Shown here piece by piece: positions 53,297-64,000 of a stretch of 64,000 nt of DNA. Position 1 is the stretch's first letter, and each line of letters starts with the position of its first letter. Below the pieces are notes generated by a model, which searched no databases, was not told the origin of the DNA, and worked only from the letters and a program-made list of their open reading frames with translations. The DNA comes from Eledone cirrhosa (lineage: Eukaryota): assembly GCA_964016885.1 (NCBI GenBank), contig OZ024755.1, positions 3,224,001 through 3,288,000 of the forward strand. The letters run 5' to 3'. Both the position numbers and the translations under genes were made by a program.

Positions 53297-53820
53297 GAAT
53301 GTAGTAAAAAAAATTGGTTGATGTGAAAAAGGAAAACTGTGCTCAATCCGGTATGAAGGCTTTTTGTTCCATGTATGAACAAATAAATAATTTATAGGAA
53401 AAGAGTCAGGACCCCGACGGCTGAGCTCTGGCCGTTTCGACAACTAGATCCGACCTAGCTGTCGAAACGGCCAGAGCTCCACCGTCGGGGTCCTGACTCT
53501 TTTCCTATTACCCACTCTACTACCCTAAGTATTGAGTACTCTGGTGTGTGATGGTTCTCCTGGTATCTTACCACACCTTCTTTGTTTAATGTATATATAT
53601 ATATGCAGAAGTTATATTTAATTTGTTGGGATTCCAACAAGCTTAAAAGTTGATAACTGATATAAAGCACTCAACAGATTACTGGAGTAAATATTCAATA
53701 TATTAATAAATGGAAACTATATTTATATAACCATAATTATTTTATTCACTATCCAGCAAACTTTCAACCGTCAAGGTTGTTTTTCCACAGTTATGTCAAT
53801 ATTTATAAAACAAATCTTGT

Positions 53821-53883
53821 ATTTTATCTGATGAAAGCGCACCAAGATTGCCTTGGTAGCCCTTGAAATATATATAATAAAAT
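53821..53883 (+). ncRNA. Type I hammerhead motif (intron after coding exon 9)
   Basis: AUUUUAU-CUGAUGA-AAGcGCACCAAG auugc CUUGGUaGCcCUU-GAAA-UAUAUA-UA^AUAAAAU; 7-bp helix I. A second, degenerate copy is at about 30897-30957. Confidence 0.72.
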
Positions 53884-54023
53884 AATTATGGTTTTATAAA
53901 TATAATTTCCATTTATATATATATACACACAAATAATGAATCAAAACATATCAAATATGTTTACAATTTTGTGTTTCTCAATAAGCTCAATGGACTTTAT
54001 CTAGAGCCATAATAACCAAATAA

Positions 54024-54123
<100 letters not shown>

Positions 54124-54324
54124 GTTAGATGTGTAACTACAGTTACAGGCGCCTCACCATTCGAAGCACTCAATGCTGTTACGAGGTCCGTCTCATGTTG
54201 GGTTGTATTCTAGAGTTAAGGAGTTAAGTAAATAGATTAAGAAGAACCGAAGTCAATGAAATACAAATATTCAATTTGTTATCATCTTCCATAATATCAT
54301 TTTCTTCTTTTCTTACATTTCTAG

Positions 54325-54429
54325 CCTGAACAGAAAAAGAATTTGAAATGCCATTTTGCATACCTGGGTCAGAAGAAAACTGTACCTGCTGATGTAACTG
54401 ACGACAATCTTGTCTGTAAGAAGACAGAG
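54325..54429 (+). CDS. Coding exon 10, IPT-2-like (PEQKKNLKCHF...LVCKKTE)
   Basis: ttctAG acceptor, GAG|gtatgt donor, 105 nt open, phase 0-0. Confidence 0.9.
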
Positions 54430-55444
54430 GTATGTTTCAAGTGACATCATCATCATTGTCATCATAGTTATCATTTTACGTCTGTTTTTATCCCACGGAG
54501 GGATGGGTTAGATTAAAAGGACCTCTGTCGGTTTTGACTGTGAATGTTCTAGTTGTTCCATCAATGGAACATCCTGTTTATGAAATTAACTCATGTGAGT
54601 GGCTGAGTATTCCTACAGGCATATGTGTCTTTAACATAACTCTCAGGGAGATTCAGCATGACAACGCTGGCCTTTTTGAATTACAGATACACTCAATCTA
54701 ACAGGCTTCCACACAGTTTCTACCTACCCAATATCATTCACAAGGTACAGTTAATCTGATGGGCTTCCACATGTGATTCCATAGGAATTCCATCCAATGA
54801 TATATTAGGACATTCACCAAACAAAGCAAAGTTTTATTTTTACATCCACTTTTTCAATGCTAGCATGGGTTGGACAGAGTGTTTTGAGATATTTTCAAGT
54901 CAGATGACTCTTTTAGTTGCCTCTTGCAAAATACAGGGATATGGTGTACCTATTCTAAAATATGAGATACGCAACAATATTTAAACTGACCATATCCGGC
55001 CATAATTCTCTCACTTCTTTCTGTTCAAACTAGCCATAACTGGCCACTCATACTGATGTTAAGGTATTCTTCTCAAAATAAATAATATCAAAATCTCATA
55101 TTATGTGAGATATTATGAGAGATAAAGTGTTTACTGTGAAAACACAATAGTAAATATAGAGTAATGTAAATGCTAAAGGGTTATAGAAATTTTGTAACTG
55201 AACGATTCTTTTAGGCAGGTACCATGGTATTTGATATTCTCTCAGTCTGAGAAACATTTTTAATGTAATGGTGGAATATTTTAACATTTTATGAGTGTTT
55301 TAAATCTTTTAACAATCATTTACCTTGTAAGAAAACGTAGTATTTGATATAAAATATAAACTTATGGCATAAAACCAGATTTATAACTCCACAAGCAGGG
55401 GTCAACTACATGTTAAAATAATCATTGTTCTTCTTCTCCCACAG

Positions 55445-55544
55445 TTTGCTTACACTGATCATGAAATTCCCTACGTACCAGTATTTTTTAGTGTTATATG
55501 GGGCAATCAGAGCCTTCAGATAGACAACCCTGATAATATCAAAG
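55445..55544 (+). CDS. Coding exon 11 (FAYTDHE...VIWGNQSLQIDNPDNIK)
   Basis: cacAG acceptor, G|gtaatt donor; V.W....IDNP motif conserved in plexin A/B. Confidence 0.93.
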
Positions 55545-55843
55545 GTAATTGACATATTCCTCCTTTCCTATATATGTAATATATATATTATTAAAGTCAG
55601 GTCACCCTTGTTACTCTGGAATCCCACCAGTGTATTTATAGTTATCATATAAGGCATTGATTTGGCAGAGTTGTTAGAATGTTGGATAGAATGCTTTGTG
55701 GTATTTATTTATCTCTGAGTTCAAATCATGCCAAGGTCAACTTTGCCTTTCATCCTTTCGAGGTCGATATAAAAAGTACCAGTCTAGTACTGGGGTTGAT
55801 AATAAATACAAGGACCAAAATCTGAAGAGGACTTGATAAGGAT

Positions 55844-55902
<59 letters not shown>

Positions 55903-56201
55903 AGGAAGTTATAGTTCACTTGAAGCATTGTGTAATGAGGTATAAACGTTTGTATATGTATAATAAAGCCAAAACAATGCAGGTATGGACATAGAATAAA
56001 GAATGCAAATGCAAAAGATATTGTTGACAATTAGTCTTTTACGTTAGATTTATTTAAATGTCCTTAATTTTCGAGATAATATCTCTTTTTTCCACCTAAC
56101 CTTAACTCTTTGACATTAGAGTTAGAACAGATACTCTATACCATTTCCTGTCAGCATGACTTGGCAAGCTATTTAGAACACTGGTTTAACCGCTTTACTT
56201 C

Positions 56202-56236
56202 CCTCTGAAGAAGAGATATTATCTCGAAAATTAAGG
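56202..56236 (+). ncRNA. Minimal hammerhead motif (intron after coding exon 11)
   Basis: CCU-CUGAAGA-A-GAGAU auu AUCUC-GAAAAUUA^AGG; palindromic AAUU helix III. Confidence 0.55.
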
Positions 56237-56351
56237 ACATTTAAATAAATCTAAGGTAAAAGACTAATTGTCAACAATATCTTTTGCCATTTGCATTCTT
56301 TATTCTATGTCCATACCTGCATTGTTTTGGCTTTATTATACATATACAAAC

Positions 56352-56409
<58 letters not shown>

Positions 56410-56507
56410 TTGTTAAAATAACAGATTAAAGTTTAAGCAAAGAATCGCTGCTTATATATATATATATACCTCTTTCTCCTTATATATATATATTTTTCTC
56501 TGTTCAG

Positions 56508-56674
56508 TTCGTGCCTACAAGTGTCAGTTGATGGTAACTAATTGTGGGAAGTGCCTCAGCATGGACAAGGAATACGACTGTGTCTGGTGCTCAAACAAAT
56601 GTATGCTGGCCAGTAAATGTTCCGGTAAAATCCTGAAGAGGTCCGACACCTGCCCCAATCCAAGGATACTCCGA
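56508..56674 (+). CDS. Coding exon 12, PSI-3 (YKC...CGKCL...YDCVWC...CPNPRI)
   Basis: gttcAG acceptor, CGA|gtaagt donor, phase 1-0; third plexin PSI signature. Confidence 0.94.
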
Positions 56675-57104
56675 GTAAGTACTCTGGTCAACTTTGACTT
56701 CTGTCAATATAACAAAGTACCAGTTAAATACTGATGTCAATATAATCGACTTTCTCTACCCCCGACCCAAAAAAATTCCTGGCCTTGTGCCTCAATGTTA
56801 GAAAGTATTATCATCACCATCACCAACATCACCACCACCACCATCACTACCATCATCGTCATCATCATCACCATCACCACCATCACCACCACCACCACGA
56901 TCACAACCACCACCACCACCACCACCACCATCACCATCATCACCACCACCATCACCACCATCACCATCACCACCATCACCACCACCACCACCACCATGAT
57001 CACCACCACCACCACCACCACCATGATCACCACCACCATCATCATCATAATTACAATTATTTCTTCTTTATATTTAAAAATATATATTTGTTCTTTGTAA
57101 ACAG

Positions 57105-57256
57105 TTCAGTCCAGTGTCGGGACCAATCAGAGGTAAGACCAATGTCACCATTACAGGTATCAACCTGGGAAAGCACATAGCTGACCTTAAAGATGGAGTA
57201 AAGGTTGCAGGTGTGAAGTGTAAAGTGTTATCCAATGACTACCAAACATCATCAGA
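57105..57256 (+). CDS. Coding exon 13, IPT (FSPVSGPIRGKTNVTITGINLG...VKVAGVKC)
   Basis: aaacAG acceptor, GA|gtaagc donor; canonical IPT/TIG P..GP..G.T.VTI.G.NLG motif. Confidence 0.94.
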
Positions 57257-57394
57257 GTAAGCTACTTCAATTACTTATATACTTGTATATATGACAAGAA
57301 GAAATATCTGATTAAAAAATAATCAATGGTAAAGTAGGGGAGGAGGGGGTCTTATATTCGAGGTCAATATTTTGCCGATTTACACAAACTTCAT

Positions 57395-57716
57395 ATTACA
57401 CCAGTTTCACCTTGGTGTTGAATATTACCCCGGTTTCACTTTGGTGTTGAATATTACCCCGGTTTCACTTTGGTGTTGAATATTACCCCGGTTTCATTTT
57501 GGGGGGGAATATTACACCAGTTTCACTTTGGAGGTGAATATTACACCTGTTTCACTTTGAGGGTAATATTACACCTGTTTCACTTTGGAGGTGAATATTA
57601 CACCTGTTTCACTTTGGAGGGTAATATTACACCTGTTTCACTTTGAGGGTAATATTACACCTGTTTCACTTTGAGGGTAATATTACACCTGTTTCACTTT
57701 GGAGGTGAATATTACA
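57395..57716 (-). repeat. Third array of the 29-bp minisatellite, inverted (intron 13)
   Basis: aatattacacctgtttcactttggaggtg is the reverse complement of the 15503 unit; two more units at about 2218-2276. Confidence 0.9.
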
Positions 57717-57873
57717 TTGGTATTCCCTATTTTTTTTTATATGTTTTGAATGAAATGGCCTTCTAAAAAGTCAAAAATCATTACATAATGGAGTTGTGAA
57801 TCTAAAACCATACATTTTAAATATCAAAATATTAAAACTTGTCTTCTTTTTTCTTCCATTTTTCTTTTATAAG

Positions 57874-57979
57874 ATTTATTTGTGAAACAATGGTTGTCAA
57901 CAACATCAAATCTGGAATTATTAAAGTGAAAATTGCCAAGAAATATTCTGCAGAATCTGACAGCTTCTTCACTTTTCTT
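57874..57979 (+). CDS. Coding exon 14 (FICETMVV...FFTFL)
   Basis: Polypyrimidine tract plus taAG acceptor, CTT|gtaggg donor, phase 2-0; IC.T...FTF end of an IPT domain. Confidence 0.88.
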
Positions 57980-58094
57980 GTAGGGTGGCTTTTATATTAT
58001 TGTATTCTATAGCAGTACCTCTTAGCTCTTACATATACATACATATATACACACATATATATATATAGCTCTTACATATACATACATATATACA

Positions 58095-58311
58095 GTTCCA
58101 CACTGTAAATGTGGTTGGTGTTAGGAAGGGCATCCAGCCGTAGAAAACCTGCCAGATAGTCCTATATGAGCGAGACACGGTCACCCGACCAGCCTTGCCT
58201 CAAGTGGGACAACTCCCGTCTAACCCATGCTAGCGTGGAAAATGGACGTTAAACGATGATGATGATACACACATATATATAGCTCTTACATATACATACA
58301 TATATACACAC

Positions 58312-58342
<31 letters not shown>

Positions 58343-58535
58343 TATATATCATCATTTCATCATCATTTCATTTTACGTCCACTTTTCCCTGCTTGCAAGG
58401 GTGGGACGGGAACTGATTCTGGCTTGATTTCTACAGCTGGATGCCCTTCCTAACACCAACCTCATTTACAGTGAGTGCTGGGTGCTTTTTTGCCGTGGCA
58501 CCTCCACGACCACTTTGCATCTCATTTCTACAGCT
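58095..58535. mobile_element. Two oppositely oriented SINE/RTE-tail repeats
   Basis: ggttggtgttaggaagggcatccagc...cccatgctagc...gacgttaaacgatgat on +; 58350-58535 is the reverse complement of 21480-21690. Relatives at 2015-2172, 7590-7705 and 24480-24620. Confidence 0.7.
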
Positions 58536-58711
58536 ATATATATATCTACAGATATATATATATCCAGGGAGTGTAATGTGGAGTTTTTGTAGGTTCACCC
58601 AGGTGAGCCCTTGATGTTTAGGTTGACGTTGTTATTGAGGTGTAGAGCTATACAGAGTGTATTATAATAAAACAAGGACGAATGGTTACTCCTTCATTAC
58701 GTTTATTGGTT

Positions 58712-58789
58712 GGTGACACATGTTTCGCTATTGATCAGCTGAAGGTTCGATCTGTATTGATCTAGCCCGACTCAATAGCTTGTCAGACC
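58712..58789 (-). ncRNA. Hammerhead motif with mutated core (probably inactive)
   Basis: Minus: GGU-CUGACAA(G8>A)-GCUAUUGA...UCAAUAGC-GAAAC-AUGU-GUC^ACC; perfect 8-bp helix II base. Confidence 0.55.
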
Positions 58790-59071
58790 TCTGTGGTAGT
58801 AATAACAGAAATTCTGTTTTATCCTTGTTTTATTATATATATATAGATATATAGATAGATATATGCTTAGCAAGAGGAGGAGGCAGAAAAGAAGTCTTCA
58901 CATGTTAGGTGTGGTAAGGATCAGTGGTGTGATTGCAAGACAGTGTGTTAGAGAAAATATGAGATTTGAATAAATCCGTTTACATTAAGTTTAGGCAATC
59001 GATTATATATATATATATATATATATATGATAAAGATGCCTTCACTCTACCAATGTATTGAGAACCTTTTT

Positions 59072-59610
59072 TTATATTTCATACAAGACTACTATAACAT
59101 ATATTTCATACAAGACTACTATAACATATATTTCATACAAGACTACTATAACATATATTTTATACAAGACTACTATAACATATATTTCATACAAGACTAC
59201 TATAACATACATTTCATACAAGACTACTATAACATACATTTCATACAAGACTACTATAACATACATTTTATACAAGACTACTATAACATATATTTCATAC
59301 AAGACTACTATAACATATATTTCATACAAGACTACTATAACATATATTTCATACAAGACTACTATAGCATACATTTCATACAAGACTACTATAACATATA
59401 TTTCATACAAGACTACTATAACATATATTTCATACAAGACTACTATAACATATATTTCATACAAGACTACTATAACATATATTTCATACAAGACTACTAT
59501 AACATATATTTCATACAAGACTACTATAACATACATTTCATACAAGACTACTATAACATATATTTCATACAAGACTACTATAGCATACATTTCATACAAG
59601 ACTACTATAA
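59072..59610. repeat. 27-bp tandem repeat, about 20 copies
   Basis: atatttcatacaagactactataacat. Confidence 0.95.
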
Positions 59611-59707
59611 TATTCATATTTGTATAATTGAAGAATTCATTGGGAAATTCTATTAATTTTTTATATTAACATTTTCATTTCATTTCTTGTTCTGTTTCTT
59701 TTTTCAG

Positions 59708-59844
59708 AGCCCAACTCTGAAGGAAATCCTCCCCAAAAAGGGTCCAAAATCTGGTGGGACCCACGTAATGATCCATGGAGACCATATGAATGCAGGCAGC
59801 AGATGGGACATACGAATTGGTAGTAACCCCTGTCAAGTTGTAAG
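59708..59844 (+). CDS. Coding exon 15, IPT (SPTLKEILPKKGPKSGGTHVMIHG...PCQVV)
   Basis: tttcAG acceptor; AG|gtcaga donor chosen for phase compatibility with exon 16; GP.SGGT motif. Confidence 0.92.
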
Positions 59845-60144
59845 GTCAGATATTAAGTAAATTTATTAAGACTTTTGTTACTGTTTCTCATGAAATATGT
59901 TACTTATAAGTTTCAACATTTCAATAAATTTTGAAAATAATCAAAACTTATGAGGAATTTAATAAACTGTGTATTGTGTGCATTTTATCATGGCATGACT
60001 GTGACCACTTTACAGAGTGGACTGGGTGCATTTTAATCATTAAATACGAATTATATATTATAGGCTATTGATTATATTCAATAATTGTTTGTTTATTTAT
60101 TTATTTTATCTATCTTTCTCTGTTTTGTTGTTACTACCTCTCAG

Positions 60145-60309
60145 TCAAAACTCGTCAGTGATTCAATGTATAACTTCTGCGGAAGGTTCTGTGACAGAAG
60201 CTGATGTTTCAGTCAGTTTTGGAGGATTGTTGAAACACCTTGACGAGAAGTTTGAGTTTGTCGAAGACCCAACCATTACAATGGTGGAACCTAATAGGAG
60301 TATTCTCAG
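60145..60309 (+). CDS. Coding exon 16 (QNSSVIQCIT...FEFVEDPTITMVEPNRSIL)
   Basis: ctctcAG acceptor, AG|gtataa donor; F.F.EDP.I...P..SI.SGG junction motif. Confidence 0.92.
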
Positions 60310-60571
60310 GTATAATAATATCTTTTTTTCTTTTCTTTCTTTCATCATCATCATCATGATTATTATGTCTATCTTCCATACTGGCATGGGTTAGACAAAT
60401 TGTCATGGTCCAAGGCTAATGTTACAAGATGAGCTGAGCATATTTTATCATACACAAGCATAACCTTTTTACAGAGTGTACTAGGTGCACTTTATCGTAG
60501 CACCAATATTAGAGAGGTTATCATATGTATGGCCAATCAGAAGGGTCCTCTCTATTCTTTATCATCCACAT

Positions 60572-60767
60572 TTAACCCTTTACCATTCACATAACTCTAT
60601 ATTTACTATTGTGTTTTAGTGGTAGAGACTTTATCTCACATAATATCAAATCTATGAGATTTGATATCATTTATTTTGAGAACAATACCTTAATGTTGGA
60701 TGAGCAGCCGGTCGGAACAGGAAGAGGTGAGAGAATTCTGGCCGGATATGGCCAGTTAAAGGGTTAA
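60572..60767 (+). mobile_element. piggyBac-like MITE
   Basis: TTAACCCTTT...AAAGGGTTAA termini. Confidence 0.75.
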
Positions 60768-60928
60768 TCACCAACCACATTACAGAGTGTCCATCATGTT
60801 GCTGCTGTTGTTGATACTCATGTTGGTGATGAGGAGGAGGAGGTTGTTGTTGCTTCTAATGCTGATGTTGGTGTTGGTGATGTTGTTTTTATTATTGTTG
60901 TTATTTCTTATATTTCTCTCTTCTCCAG

Positions 60929-61022
60929 TGGAGGGACAACATTAACTGTAACAGGGACCAACCTGGATCTTATTCAAGAACCAAAACTGTTTATCAAATA
61001 CAACAGCACCATGAAGGAATCG
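60929..61022 (+). CDS. Coding exon 17, IPT (GGTTLTVTGTNLDLIQEPKL)
   Basis: ctccAG acceptor, TCG|gtgagt donor; SGG...TVTG.NL..IQ.P motif shared by plexins and MET. Confidence 0.94.
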
Positions 61023-61117
61023 GTGAGTTGTCTTTTAGAGATCTCTTGACATTTTAGTCCCATCTAATCTATTGTAAGCAACAAATGTTCTTCTAATCAC
61101 TTTAGGGATAATCTTGT

Positions 61118-61294
61118 ATATTAGTAGACTTACCTATACCTGGTGGTCTATAACCCTGTGTATTAGACTTCCCTATACCTGGTGGTCTATTACCTTGTGT
61201 ATTAGACTTACCTATACCTGGGGCTCTATTACCTTGTGTATTAAACTCGCCTATACCTGGTGGTCTATAACCCTGTGTATTAGACTCACCTATA
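61118..61294. repeat. 39-bp tandem repeat, about 4.5 copies
   Basis: tattagacttacctatacctggtggtctataaccctgtg. Confidence 0.88.
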
Positions 61295-61679
61295 GATGGG
61301 AATCTAAATTCTTGGGATCTATAATCAGAAAACAGTACAGCTCCTATAACTTTTGGCAACATTTTTTCATGCTCAGAGTTGCTGAAGTATGGAACAAACT
61401 ACCTGCATCAGTTGTTGCAGAACACTGCATCCTTCAAAACTTCCATATTTACTGAAATTTTCCAACACTACACCTTGCCGGGGGGAGTAATGGAAAATCC
61501 TTAATTGTGGAGAGACTTTGTCAGGAAAGAATGTTTGACTGTGGTCGCAAGGAGGAGGATAATGATGTCAAATATCTGTTCTGATTATGTAATGGGGTGG
61601 GAGTTTGATGATGTGGACATTGAGTTTGACCCTGCTTAGTTTTGTTTCTGTTTTATTTTAATATCAAAAACATCAACAG

Positions 61680-61934
61680 CCCTGCAAGTCAAAACACCAG
61701 AACATGCTGGAATGCCGGATGCCCTCATTGGAGTTTGGTGATAACCAGGTGTCTGTGACAAGCCCTAAAGAAGTGCAGTATGGTTTCCTCATGGATGGCG
61801 TTGTTCAACTGAAAAATCTCTCCGATAATCCAGAGTTCCGGCCTCTTCTTTACTTCCCCGACCCCGTTGCTGAGCCTTTCACTGGTGACAGGAACACAAA
61901 GAAATATATGAAAGGAGACAAGTTAGTAATTGAG
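61680..61934 (+). CDS. Coding exon 18 (PCKSK...YGFLMDGV...YFPDP...KLVIE)
   Basis: caacAG acceptor, GAG|gtgaga donor, 255 nt; GF.MDGV and Y.PDP motifs. Confidence 0.92.
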
Positions 61935-62110
61935 GTGAGAACATTTATTTCTGCTACCATTCCATTACCTTACCATTCCATTACCATTCTCTTACCATTC
62001 CATAACCATTCTCTTACCTGTCCTATTATCTACCTATTTTAAACTTCTGTCTATGCTGCAACTGTTTTTTATGTCTAAATTCTCTGTTTTCATTGTTTGT
62101 TTCTTCTCAG

Positions 62111-62266
62111 GGTAAATTCCGTAGTATCAACCAACTATTAACTGACGTGTATGTACATGTTGGTAACAGTCTCTGTACTGATCTGAAACCACATGACACT
62201 GCATTAATGTGTACACCACCTCCGACACCAAATGGTGTTGACAAGGAAGGCAACGCTCCTGTCGTA
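62111..62266 (+). CDS. Coding exon 19, last IPT (GKFRSIN...VHVGNSLC...LMCTPP...APVV)
   Basis: tctcAG acceptor, GTA|gtaagt donor, 156 nt; V.VG...C.....L.C.PP motif. Confidence 0.92.
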
Positions 62267-62327
62267 GTAAGTTACCTCTTCTTTTACTTTATAAACCATC
62301 TTTCCAACAACAACCCTGAGCACCTGT

Positions 62328-62572
62328 GGTATACTGGTATAAACACTGGTATATTGGTATAAATACTGGTATACTGGGATAAACACTGGTATACTGGCAT
62401 AAACACTGGTATATTGGTATAAATACTGGTATACTGGTATAAACACTGGTATACTGGCATAAACACTGGTATACTGGTATAAACAGTTATATTGGTGTAA
62501 ACACTGGTATAAACTCTGCTATATTGGTATAAACACTGGTATACTGGTAAACACTGGTATACTGGTATAAAC
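62328..62572. repeat. 20-bp tandem repeat inside a duplicated CR1 fragment
   Basis: ctggtatactggtataaaca units. Confidence 0.88.
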
Positions 62573-62985
62573 ATCCACAAGATTATTAACCATCTTGCCA
62601 ACAACAACCCTCAGCACCTTTTTAAATTCCATATATCCAACACCTATGAACATACAAAGTCAGAAAACATCACAGCTCCCGTGACTTTCAGAGACATTTT
62701 TTCACATTCAGATTTGCTGAAGCATGGAACAAACTACCTGCATCAGTTGTTAGTTGCTAGGACGCTGCATCCTTCAAAACGTCTATACTTTCCGAAATTC
62801 GCCAACACCACACCTGATATTTCCCCTCTACACACACGCACGTGTGTTTATGTCTGTGTGTATATCATGACTCATACACTGTTCACTTTCCTGACATTTG
62901 TACATTATTCTATGTACTATATATGCACCTTTGATGAGTTGTAGTGCACCTGAGCACTGTGTGTACACAATAATTTTCATTATTA
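62570..62985 (+). mobile_element. CR1-group LINE 3' end (intronic)
   Basis: Close reverse-complement similarity to 30055-30481. Confidence 0.8.
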
Positions 62986-63072
62986 TAAACCTCTTCTAAA
63001 CCAAACCCTTCTTACCCAACAACTTTTTATAACTCTTTTTAACAATTCATACTAAAGTCTAATTCCACAGAG

Positions 63073-63255
63073 ACAGTATCGTCTAACTCAACATAGTATA
63101 GTCTAACTCGACAGTATCGTCTAACTCGACATAGTATAGTCTAACTTGACATAATATAGTCTAACTTGACATAATATAGTCTAACTTGACATAGTATAGT
63201 CTAATTCGACATAGACATAGTATAGTCTAACTCGATATAGTATAGTCTAACTCGA
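63073..63255. repeat. 20-bp tandem repeat acatagtatagtctaact[c/t]g
   Basis: About 9 copies. Confidence 0.85.
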
Positions 63256-63415
63256 ATTAGATTAGTTGAAGCAGGTCTCACTCTTACGTCTCAAGTTACT
63301 TCTGAGTTCTAAGAGGGAGACCCAAACCTCTAAGCCACACCAGACCTCCATACATTTTAATTGTGGGGTGAATCCATCATTTTGACATTTTGTTTTTCTC
63401 TTCTTCCTCTTTCAG

Positions 63416-63683
63416 CTCCATATCGGTCAGTACAAGTCAGACATTGGTTACCTAAGCTACTATGAAGAGCAGGAAGGGGAGCGACCCATAGCCCTTGGAA
63501 TAATCCTTGGTGTGGCCTTACCTATGTTGACCATTATCATCCTGTTGACAGTGTGTGTGGTGAGACGTCACATGAAACATGACCCTAGTGACAACTATAT
63601 TCCAGATGTGCTGAAGGACTATGAGGGCAAGAAAGAAAATGAGGAAACTATTGGAATGAACCACATGTCGGGTGGGACCATGG
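63416..63683 (+). CDS. Coding exon 20: end of ectodomain, transmembrane helix (IALGIILGVALPMLTIIILLTVCVV) and juxtamembrane region
   Basis: tttcAG acceptor; IG.L.Y motif, 25 hydrophobic residues then RRH stop-transfer; donor G|gtaggt at 63683 or G|gtggga at 63671 (uncertain). Confidence 0.88.
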
Positions 63684-64000
63684 GTAGGTGCCTGTTATTG
63701 TGTGGGTGTCTACCATAGTGTGGGTGTTGATGTGTGTTATTGTGTGTGTGTGGGTGTAGTGTGTTGATGTGTAGGCGTCTGTTATTGTGTGTGTGTGTGT
63801 GTATGTTGATGTGTAGGTGTCTGCCATAGTGTGTCTGTGTGTGTTGATGTGTAGATGTCTGCCATAGTGTGTAGATGTCTGCCATAGTGTGTCTGTGTGT
63901 GTTGATGTGTGTGTGTTGATGTGTAGATGTCTGCCATAGTGTGTGTGTGTAGATGTCTGCCATAGTGTGTCTGTGTGTGTTGATGTGTGTGTGTAGATGT

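Noticed and set aside
59027-59656. 209-aa FIQDYYNI-repeat ORF
   Set aside because: 27-bp intronic minisatellite whose unit length is a multiple of three.
59840-59845. Donor GTT|gtaagg after 59839 for exon 15
   Set aside because: Phase 0 is incompatible with the phase-2 acceptor of exon 16; the donor after 59844 keeps the frame.

Overview
Eukaryotic, AT-rich, microsatellite-saturated genomic DNA. The tRNA-derived Meta/CORE SINEs, RTE/CR1 LINE remnants and extreme (TA)n/(CA)n/(CAC)n load suggest an octopus-type cephalopod (inference). Positions 1-42.7 kb hold no credible protein-coding exon; nearly all listed ORFs there are translated simple repeats. From 42783 to the window end lies a + strand gene. 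I joined 20 phase-consistent GT-AG coding exons (about 1270 codons, 3'-incomplete) encoding signal peptide-Sema-PSI-IPT-PSI-IPT-PSI-4xIPT-TM. This is a plexin-type ectodomain, but the juxtamembrane segment does not resemble plexins, so it may be a plexin/MET-like hybrid receptor. The main hidden signal is about a dozen type I hammerhead-ribozyme motifs (CUGANGA...GAAA...UH with pairing helices) from several families. They sit in short (TA)n-flanked inserts resembling Penelope-like element termini; some lie on the sense strand of the gene's introns and some are folded into long palindromes. Several minisatellites visibly derive from pieces of transposons.
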